From contig CAJNYD010000546.1 of NCBI GenBank assembly GCA_905331295.1, positions 62,001 through 113,911 of the forward strand: DNA of 51,911 nt, read 5' to 3'. The translations under genes were made by a program, and so were the position numbers. Every line of letters starts with the position of its first letter. Position 1 is the stretch's first letter. This DNA comes from Rotaria socialis. Lineage: Eukaryota. The notes beneath the pieces are model-generated. The model saw only the letters and a list, made by a program, of their open reading frames with translations. It did no database searches and was not told the DNA's origin. This document shows, one piece after another, positions 41,524-51,911 of this stretch.

Positions 41524-42124
41524 TCCATCCTACCATTATCAAAGATTCATGCAGCGAATATTATTCGAGAAACAAATTTGAATTTTTGAATTCGTTCTAT
41601 TGTTTTTAGTATCTAAATAAATCTTGATCTAAAACGATAAGATTAGCTTTTCTTGAGAAATTTAATTAATATAAAGGGTGTGTGGGTGTGGGTCAACTTA
41701 ACCAGTAATGCTGATGCGTATCAGCAACCATGGGACACGTTTAGTTTGAAACGCACCGTGAATTTATCATTTACGTATTGAAAATAAAATTTTCGTTCGT
41801 TTTTATTTTACAACAATTCTTTGATGAAAGCCTAATCGAACATTGCCTGACTAATTATTAGAGTTGCCATGAATAGTACCGGGAAAATTTCGTTTTGAGT
41901 GCAAGATGTTCAGAAGTATCAATATTTAGAACTAGTAGTATTTCAATTACAAAAAAAAGAAATATCTACGCCAGCTAAAATACAGATTTGCTTGTTTTGA
42001 ATATGTTAATTTTTATGAGTTATCGTAGGTTGTAGTTGTATGTATGCTATTATTCAGAAGTAACTAATCACATTCAACTAGGTCAAAATTTATGTACGAA
42101 TAAAAAGAAAATCTATGTGTTGAC

Positions 42125-44504
42125 TCAATCATCGATGATTTCGCATTTGTAACCGTTGGAGAACCGTCTTTGGAGAGTATCAAGATCGATGCCTAACAAG
42201 CAGCAATTTTTATTATTACATATATGCGAATTGTACCACCATTGGGAATCCGGTAGTAAACCAGGATGATCATTTGTAACACGAATCATTAGTCCAGTGC
42301 AAACAATAGAAGAATCTGGATCATTAAAATCTACAATGCTTTTGTTTTGACTATTAATCAGCCATTCGATAACTCCATTGTCTATGTTATAATCAATCGT
42401 TGTATTGCGGGCATCTAATGTTTCCCTTGCTTTTTTCCTGATATTATTGGGATGAACACGACACTCTAATACAAATTGCACGTATTTACCCGATTTGAAA
42501 AATTTACTTTGGCTTGATGAATCAAGTAGTTTCACTTCAGCATATCTTGGATGACACGTATATATTATCGATGGAGAAACATATATACCTGCGCCATGTT
42601 CATTTCTCTCTGCTGGTTTTAATCCGTTCAATAAAATAGATAAACCATACGTAAATTTTGTACCATGATAACATATGCACCATCCTTTGAATTTTTCAGA
42701 GAAACGATCAGTAACATAAAACGAATATCGTTTCCATCCAACTGGACAATAGTAAGGGCTGTCACCACGATCTATTCCATCTTTGATAGGCCCTTGCCAA
42801 AAACAATGACCAGGTTTATATATACGATTATATTGAGGATTGAGATTAATTTCAGCACGATATTTTTGCTGTTTAAACAGCGCTTTTATAGGACCCATGA
42901 ACATGAAGAAAACCTTCAGCTTAGCCAATTCTTCGCGTAATTTGTCGGTAAATAATTTACACATCATTTTTATAGATAGTTTTTTATCACTCGATTCAAA
43001 CTTATTGAATATCACTGCTTCTATTATGGATGAACCCACTTGTATTTGTTTGATTTGCATGTCTTTGGGTGATAACTTTATTTTACCACAAAATTCAGTG
43101 ATAAACGCTTGTAAATTCAATTGATTGCAATCTTCATCAATACAAATTTTCATAGATGAAGTCGCTAATTCCATTGAATTATCAAAGACTTCTTCCGGGA
43201 TTGAAATTAATGGTTGGCCTGTTAAATGATAGTATTCTTTACATTCTTCATAATAAATCTTTTCTTCTGGTCTCAACGGTTGTTGCGACATAAAATCTCT
43301 GGTATGTAGACTGGTATCTTTTTCTAAATAAACAAATTAGCATTATCAGAACAATCGCCCTCTAAATATTGGTTTTTATCTTCGATATAAGTTATATGGA
43401 GACAGATTTGAATACGGTTTCATAACGGTGAAATTGAGATATTCTATAAAACTTGATCGATAGTATGACCTATGGTGAATCTCATTTTAGCAATGTATCA
43501 AAACATATACTTTCGGTTAGATTTTTGAAGCCTAAGAAAACTCTTCTGCATTATTAGGAATGCTGAATGATCAAGAAAAGAACAGCTTACATACCGGCAC
43601 CCCATCTACTTTGTTCACTTGAAAAGAAACATATGGGAAACATTCATTTAAATCTAACGTTGTGAGTTTTGCGTTTCTTTTTTTTGTATACCTTACCTAC
43701 GACAGGCACAATCACTTCATTGAGATAAATTTTTTCTTTCAGATCTAGTCCATTAATACACAAGGTTTTATTTGTACGATTGCTTTCTCGGTACACATGA
43801 TCGGCTACGTCTTGCAGAACAGTAGTTATATGGGTATTTTCTCGGGTTATATTCCTTAATAAGTGTTTGCTGAACAAGCAATTTCGACCCGTTGGTCGAA
43901 CGTCATTTACTGTTTGACTAGAAGCACACGCAAATTGGATTAGAGCACCAGGACGTGATTGAATTTCACACAAGGATTTGGCTTCAACAATAGCTAAATT
44001 TATGGAACTTCTTTATTTTGAAGCATATAAATATTATCACTTACGAGTAGATGCCGATGGATTCTTCATTGTGTATGGTATACAACAATCCAAAATAAAT
44101 ATAGTTGCGTAAGAAGAATTTCTTTCTAATAGACGCGTAATTGTTCGTTCAACATTCACTGCAAAATCTTCAACGTCTCTATCTGTTTGTATTGTGGCAT
44201 CATCAACAGGTATAAGATAGTTCTTCCTATTTAATCGGCAACCATGACCACAAAAATAGAATAAAACCAAGTCTCCATTTTTGATCAATTCAGAAAAATC
44301 GATTATTTGTGAAGTCATTTCTTTTTTTGTCAAATTATTGGCTGTTTTCACATCGAAATTAATTTTTTTCAGAGAATCACGTAGATCATTGGCATTGCTT
44401 ATAGATTGGCTCAGCTTGTTGGATTTTTTTTGATAATTACCATTGCTGATGATTAAAGCTACCTTTCGACACGAAGATGAATCTACTACTTTAGCAGTTG
44501 CCAT
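42125..44504 (-). CDS. Caspase-like (peptidase C14) protease fused to a C-terminal NEURL4-like H-Y-E ADP-ribosyltransferase domain, ~651 aa; exons 44504-44045, 43993-43697, 43323-42125
   Basis: RKVALIISNGNY..LFYFCGHG..NYLIPVDD..IFILDCC (His/Cys dyad); p10-like GRNCLFSKHLL; last exon YYCPVGWKR..CYHGT..GIYVSPS..FVLECRVHP..IEW. Phase-1 junctions join in frame. Confidence 0.8.
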
Positions 44505-45329
44505 TTCTGATCGAAATCTGAAAATATTAAATAGAATAATGTTCATATTTTGAAATCGATAGAAGATTCATCAAGACCCATAACTTTGATGTTTCATTGT
44601 TTACTCTGCTAGTAAAATTGAAAATGAATTTTTTAGTTAACATTGTAAACCGTCGATTGGATTTGTTTCATGCCATCAGTCCTATACGTTGTTTGGACAA
44701 TCTTTGCCTATCACGGTTATGAGTAAGTCTTTATAGTTATTTCTTCACCATCATTCTGATACTCAATTAAATTGTAGTTTCTGAGTGACTGCCGTGCCTT
44801 TACGGTGTGAGTGTGGACCCCTATTTTACTACAAAATCAATAACCCTACTTGCTATAATTGCTGAACATTTAATTTGAAGTAAAAACGAAGTGCACGGTC
44901 CCTTTTTTATCCGTGTACAACGATTAAGAATAGACAAAAGCAAGCAATAATATCTTTATTTTCTCTTATACTAATAGCCCTCAAGATACTTCCGACAAAG
45001 GTAGCACAATTGCTTGGAATGCTTAGTCATCGAATGATGCCATAGTTAAGGAAATATGGTATCGATAGGAATTGAGAACTTCCGATTTTACGGCTAGAAT
45101 GAACTGTCAGATGTGACCACTAGCAACAGGACCCCCGAGGACATATAAATTCATTCGTTTATACTTATAAAATAAATTGGGAAAAATGAGTGACGCTTTA
45201 ATAAACTATCTCTATCTGTTTAATATTCTCCACTCATTGTTTTTGAAGAAATAGTATTGCCTGGTCTTCAATTTTCAGAGACAAAGCAGCATTCACTTAT
45301 CTTTATTCCATAAAGTAACACTAAAAAGC

Positions 45330-45640
45330 CAGCCTTACTTGTACACAATAGGCGAACATAGAAAGGTAGCCGATGTGTACATAAAAAAAAAAAACATTTT
45401 TTTTATGCTGCTTTCAACAAAAAAATGCTTCAAAATTTTCTCTGTTGATTGCTTTTCCTGTTGACGAATCAAAAACAGAAGCAGAACAAGTGACATTCGT
45501 CTCTGTCATTTTATGTAACGTAGCATATTTTTTTCTTTTTTATTGATTAATTTCACAATGGCAGTTCAGTTTGCCACCTATCTTTCAGGCGTGCAACTTC
45601 CGTAGAAATCACTTCTTTTTTTCAAGAGAATGGTAAGTGT
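45330..45640. promoter_or_regulatory. Putative bidirectional promoter / 5'UTR exons of the caspase-like gene pair
   Basis: Both ATGs follow the same acceptor ttttcag|atttcg. Candidate UTR donors are g|gtaagt at ~45632 (+) and aa|gtaagg at ~45338 (-), leaving ~300 bp between them. Confidence 0.4.
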
Positions 45641-45818
45641 GAGTATAAAATAAGATTATGCAGCTCATCTCATCTTATTATTGACACGATTCCGTATTGC
45701 TCCAACAAATGATCGATAACATTCCATTACAGGCATACGAAAATAGATATTACTAAAATTAAATTATCGCTCAAAATGAATGCATTCTTCTATTCCAGTT
45801 TTCAGATTTCGTTAGTAA

Positions 45819-47984
45819 ATGGCAAGTCCCAAAAACAATTTATTTCCACACCGAAAGCTAGCTCTGATCATCGGTAATGGCAACTACCGTAAAGAATGCA
45901 ATAGATTGAATCAATCTACACAGAATGCAAATGATCTGAGTGATTTACTCAAGAGAATCGCTTTCGATGTGACGATGCATGTCAATGTTAACACAGATAT
46001 GATGAAATTGGTAAAAAGTTTCTGCGAAAAAATCAAGCAGGACGACTTCATCTTATTTTATTTTGTTGGGCATGGATGTCAAGCCGATAATAAAAACTAT
46101 CTGATACCTTTGGACGATTCTAGAATAAACGCAGAAAATGATGTAGCAGATATTGGTACCGAACTGCAGCGTATTATGGATCGATTGATAGAAAACAACT
46201 TACCATACGTGACTATATGTATCTTAGATTGTTGTGTGCCATACAAACTAACATGCCCACCAACTTCAGTTGGTAAGGAACATTATTTGTGCCTTTCAAA
46301 AGTATAAACTTTGTACTTCTTTCGATTCAGTAGAAGCTAAACCCTTGCATGGTATTCACCTAGATCCGGAAGTATCATTACAGATTGTATGCACTACAAA
46401 CGAAGATGTTAGTGGCGTTCGAGGAACAGGTCGAAATTGCTTGTTTACTAAACATTTATTGAGGAACATTAAGCGAAGCAATGTCGATACCACCACCATG
46501 CTTCAAGACGTTGTCAATAATGTGTATCGGGAAAATAATCAGATGCACAAGCCAATATTTCTAAACGGATTACCCGGAAATATCAGAGCATTTCTCAATC
46601 GAGTTTCATATAGTACGTATAAAATATAATTGAAATGTTTATATGTATGATCCATATATGATAGGAATCTTGAAATTCTTTGTCATTCTATTACCAATTC
46701 TATTCTTTTCTATGATCGTTGAGTCAAGCTAAGGATTAATATTTGTGAAACTCACATATATTTTCGAACAAAATGATGATTAGTAGTTTGACAACGAGGT
46801 TTTTCTAGCTTCTCACACTGTCCTACCACAGAGATGAATAAATTCACCATGTCGCTGATTAGAGACTAGTAAACAAATACCCCCACTCCTCCCCACTTAA
46901 TACAGAGACTTACGCAACTAGATTTTAGAGACCAGATACGTTTTTCCAGGTCATTTTTTTCAGTACGACAACATATTAAGTCTATCTTCACTAGGCTCAT
47001 GGATGCTTCTAAAAATAGGTTTCAGTTCGATCAAAACCTTTTCTGTCTTGTTCGTTAATTGTAGCTATACCAAATATTCCATACAATGCCAAATGGAGAT
47101 TGAATGCTAAGACTGTAGCTGGTGGTGCAGGTCCTGATTCTACACTCGATAGACTCCATTGTCCTAAAGGTCTTTATGTTGATAAAAGTAAAAATCTTTT
47201 CATCGCTGATAGCTTGAATCATCGTATTATGAAATATTCTCCAGATGGCACTATTGTTAGAAGAATATTGGGGAAGAATATATCTGGATATGGTTCTAAT
47301 CGTTTATGTGGACCTTCAAATATTATTTACAATCATGTGTCAAAGAATTTTATTATTTCTGACTTCCATAATCAACGGATATTGAGATTGATTCGAAAAA
47401 CTAAGACATGTGCTAAGGAAATATTGAGAGGCAGTGGCTATTGTGGATTAGCGATGGATGATGATGGTTTTCTCTACGTTTCTGACACCGAACGGCATGA
47501 AGTCAGACGTTATGGTTCTGGTAACCCCCTTGGAAAAGTGGTGGCAGGTGGTAATGGACAAGGTAGTCGTTTGAATCAACTCAACAATCCAACATACATT
47601 TTTGTCGGACCAGACCAAGCAGTGTATGTATCTGATAGTTGGAATGATCGCGTTGTGAAATGGGACAGAGGTGCTACACAAGGTATTGTTGTGGCTGGCG
47701 GTCAAGGCAAAGGCAAAGGTAAAACACAATTGTATCATCCTACAGGATTGATCGTTGATCAAGTGGGAACACTTTATGTTGCTGATTATCGTAATAATCG
47801 AGTAATGCGCTGGTACAGAGATGCTTCTCATGGAAATATCATTGTGGGCAGTATATTCCTTGCAGGAAACAAAGCAAATGAATTGAGTGGTCCTGAAGGT
47901 TTGGCATTCGATCACGATGGTAATCTTTACGTATCTGATTCTAACAATCATCGAATCCAACGATTTCGTATTCAGACTGTTTGA
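45819..47984 (+). CDS. Caspase-like (peptidase C14) protease fused to an NHL-repeat beta-propeller, ~551 aa; exons 45819-46272, 46331-46612, 47065-47984
   Basis: RKLALIIGNGNY..LFYFVGHG..NYLIPLDD..CILDCC; exon 2 GRNCLFTKHLL; exon 3 TIPNIPYNAKW followed by NHL repeats (L..P.GL.VD..G.LYVAD..NHRI). Phase-1 junctions in frame. Confidence 0.85.
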
Positions 47985-50900
47985 TTTTATTTCTATTTTT
48001 ATTCTTACTCAAAATCAGAATAAAACGATGTAGTGCTTATGTTGATGAATACAAATATTACCGATAGTTCGAGATCTTATATGCATCTTTTATCCACGTT
48101 TTTAAAGGATTGTTGGAAGATTTGAATTTGACAAAAAATGCGATTCTGAAACTAATTTATTCCCTCTATTGAAAGGAGGGTCTTACGAAAAGTGAGCTAG
48201 CGTTGTTCGTTCGTCCAATAGGAAAGCAGATTAACTAAATTCTCACAATATCTCTCCAGGGATAAGTTTGATCGAATGTTTTCGGGGTAGAAGAACTTGA
48301 GTCTGGCATCAGTTTATTGGTGCAACGAGCACTGTTTCAGGAAAATTAAGCACTACTTGCATATCCTTTAGGAAGTATTATGGGAAAAATATTGACTAAA
48401 TTATAATGGTGAGCGAGGATGCTCTCGTGCTGTATAAAATTGATGGTAGTGATTGATTTCCACTTTTTTTTCTAATACTTTATTTAGGTCAAAGAATTGT
48501 TCTCAGGTTCGGATTATGCGGTTTTCCTTCTTCCAGTAAAGATAATCGTAAAGTGAGGATACGTTATAAATGACTGGTCTAGCGCGATATATGTGTGATG
48601 CCGATACGATGTGTTTCACATCAATTGATAAATTGAATTTTGTCTGTAAATTTTGCTCTCGAAATAGACATCAGCTACGTGAAAATGTCATAGCTATATT
48701 TAGAACGGCGTGAAATCGCATTTGACGACTCCATCAGCAGTATTATTTATGTCAACACGCACCTACACATAGGTTTTGTCTGAATATCCAAAGTCTTACT
48801 GTTGTATTTGTAGGGCTTCTTGATTATGGAGTGTTTTTAATTGTTGACTTGAAATAAGTAATATGAAGAGGTATATATATATATATATAAGTGGAGTCAC
48901 ATCTTTCAGTATTAGCAGAAAGTAACTAAATATTATTTAAGTAGATGCTAGATTCTGTTCTGTAGATATCTGAAGGTGAGTTATCAAGTATTTTGTCAAT
49001 ATTGCATTTTAGATACCATTAACAAATAATTTGATAGTAATTTAACGTTAACTTTATTTTTAAAGTTACGGCTATATTGCCACCTCTATCCGAATATTGA
49101 GTGAGATGATGAAATTGAAGACATGACGCGAATAGTGAGCAAGAAAAGTTTGGTTTGGAATCTCTTATCGCTAAGCAGATTTATACATACAAATGACCCC
49201 GGTCATGAATGGTGCCTCGGAGGAGTATCGACAAGCGCTTCAGGTTGGAGTGACCAACAAGAAAACTTTTTATGGTGTAGATCTAGTCAAAATCAAGAAT
49301 GAGAGCGAGACTCATAGTGAAACAACGAATCGGAAGTTTCAGCATCTTTTATTGGATATTTTGATTCGATTTTAGACTTGGGATCGAATTTTACTAGCAA
49401 AAGCATTGAGTATTCAATAGTTTGGGTCGTGATAACATCTGATATCAAATATGTAGTTTTAGTTCATATTTGATCTCAAAATAACCATATTTTTCAGATG
49501 TAATAGAATATGGTACTAACAGAAATGTAGCCAGAGACTTTAAATATCAAAAACGATTTTGTGTTTTCTATCAATGCTGTATGAAAATTAGAAGAAAACC
49601 TACGTTATTGATAATGACACCTAGGGTTAACATCAGATCACTCAATTTGTTAGCTAATATGATTTGTGGAGTTCACGTTTAGGCGAACAGGATGTTTTCG
49701 TAACCACGTTTCCTAGAGAAAAGGTGTTTGAATTTGAAATTTGACAACGGTTGACACAAAATATTGACAATACTCAGTTTGCTGTTAGTGGCTCATCGGA
49801 AATCTTTTAATTATAAATCAATTAAATCAGTTCCGTGAAAGTGATTTGCTAAAGAAGTCAAGGATTACTGCTCTCTCCAAAAGGATACAACTTTTTATTC
49901 CGTATATCGTTTTTTCTTGAGGAGGTATGGTTTGTTACTCGCTCGTTGCAGAATTACTTAAGCAGCTTCAATACATCCGATAGAGGTTTTTTGATTTGAG
50001 AGAGCATGTCAACATGGTGAGCGCGACTCAGTCTATGTTTTGAAAGAGTACTCTTATTACGAGAGGGTAATTTCTCAGAGCTTTTTTTAACGTATTGAAC
50101 TTTCCATAACTGTTCTATTTCTCAACCGGTCAAATTTCTTAATGCTAATAATTCAGCTAATTAAATACTCTCGATGTCCATCGCTTCCAAAAAATGATCT
50201 TTTTAATGATGACACGTCAAACAGTTTAATGTTTTTGTGTCTGTTATTCTAAAAAGAAATGCTCTCTTTGCTGAAAGGAGAGTCATATACTCAGCGGCCT
50301 ATCCCCTTATATTATCATTTTCTCAAGATAGAATCCAAATCTGCAATCAGCTTTTCCTATTTATAATAGGTATTAGTGTATTTCTGTTTCTTTTATTATC
50401 ATCTAGAATAATGGAACTGAATGAAAAGGTTATAGTAGTGGTCGATAAAAGATACATAGGCACTTCTTCAGTTGCACTTCTCTAGGAAATAGAAAAAAAA
50501 AGAACAGGCAAATACCTATTGTACATAATAGAATTATGAGCTTATTGTAAGAATTAATGTAAAGTTTCAGCAACTATGATTTTTCGTGTGGTCTTATCTG
50601 GTGTTGCCAGATTTAACATCTAATTTTTCGGCATGGGGAGAGAGATATTTCAATAATTAGGATCCTAAACAAAGTAATTGACGAAAGTGGGAGGGAATTC
50701 AGCAATTCTCATTTTCTGGTACCAATTCTAATTCATGAGATCTCTCAAGAGTTGTAAATTTATGCATTTGATATTCACCGATATATAAAACCAACGTTTT
50801 GTATCCTGTAGATATCAACAGGGCCAAATTATTTGTTAAAATATAAATTCTATGCAATTCTATTTAATCGTCTATGGACATCTACTAAAGAATAAAGTAT

Positions 50901-51170
50901 TTCCATGTTAGCCAATTTTAAAAAAATAATCATAAAAACTTCATCGGGTAAATCATTCAATTGATTTCATATTTTAAGAGTGGGGCTGGATTGTTAGCAA
51001 ACGTGCCTCATTGTAGATATTTTCAAAGATAATTCGTTACACTTTTTCAAGACACTATTTTACTTTTATTAACTGATGAGAGGATGTGTCCGAACTCTTT
51101 AAAAGTTTTTGAACTCATATTTCGGCTATAAGTAGGCTCCAGTGATATAAAAGAAAATTTTATTCTATAG

Positions 51171-51830
51171 ACTGGTGTTGATCGTACAATGATCATTTGG
51201 GATGCAAATTCTGATCATTGTAAACAACATTTGCATCATGTTCTGATGATATGACATTAAAAATAAATAGCAATGAAAGTAACCACACTCGACTGTATTT
51301 CTTATTTTTATTTAGATCTGGAGTATGTCAAAATAAACACCTGTTCATAATTTACAAGCACATAATAAAGAAATTTATTCAATTAAATGGAGTCCAACTG
51401 GTCCAGGAACAATGAATCCAAATGCAACATTACTTTTAGCAAGGTATTATTTAACGAAAAATTCTTTTTTTTATATCTTTAAATTTTACGTATATAGCGC
51501 AGTCATTTGATTCACCTGTACGTTTATGGGATGTTGAACATGGTGTTTGTCAAAATATACTTGTACAACATCCGGAACCTGTTTATTCAGTTGCTTCCAG
51601 TCCAGATGGTCGTTTATTAGCAACTGGTTCATTTGATAAAGCGATTTATATTTGGGATATGGCAGTAAATAATTTCAAATCATAGTTGATAGTTATGATC
51701 ACCTTTTTAGCGAGAAGTAAGTGTTCATAGTTATCGAGGTACTCGTGTCGGTGCAAGTGCTTTCGACGGAACGGTAAATTTTAATGGATCGATAAAAAAA
51801 GAATTCTTTCTTTAGGTCAATGTGTTGTCG
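51171..51830 (+). pseudogene. TBL1XR1: TBL1/TBL1XR1 (ebi) WD40 pseudogene, C-terminal part
   Basis: [111 protein letters not shown]; stop at 51334-51336, frameshifts and internal deletions. Confidence 0.85.
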
Positions 51831-51911
51831 TTTTGTTTTTGTTTACTTGTACAAAAAACAAAATATCCGTATTGTTGTTATCTGTTGTTCTGATCATCAT
51901 CATCCCTCCTA

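Noticed and set aside
43595..43617. Possible micro-exon in intron 2 of the caspase-ART gene
   Set aside because: Either available donor gives a frameshift or creates TAA at the junction; direct exon 2 to last exon splicing is in frame.
47448..47960. 170-aa minus-strand ORF (also 42665-43124, 18780-19217, 13363-13885, 37975-38166)
   Set aside because: Antisense or alternate-frame shadows of real exons.
48100..51100. Gene-poor region with short ORFs
   Set aside because: May hold decayed exons, but nothing could be assigned from sequence alone.

Overview
AT-rich eukaryotic genomic DNA with many short (~50-60 nt) GT-AG introns. The gene content (NHL propeller starting IPNIPxNAKW, intron-containing genes of bacterial/fungal type) suggests a bdelloid rotifer; this is inference. 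Gene models were reconstructed by hand with phase-checked splice junctions. In order: an INCENP IN-box-like gene, tRNA-Ile(AAT), a bacterial-type nucleoside deaminase, cyclin A, DJ-1 plus a decayed paralog, a two-repeat Grg1-like hydrophilin, centrin, three orphan genes and a TBL1/ebi pseudogene. Two loci stand out. (1) A tandem array at 31.4-37.3 kb of four six-exon genes (three intact, one pseudogene), missed by the ORF track, encoding secreted Tae2/BPSL0067-family peptidoglycan amidases, i.e. domesticated type VI secretion toxins (Dae2-like). (2) A head-to-head pair of paralogous caspase-like (C14) proteases at 42.1-48.0 kb, one fused to an H-Y-E ADP-ribosyltransferase-like domain and the other to an NHL beta-propeller, a candidate sensor/effector immune module. 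Family assignments rest on motif recall, not database searches.
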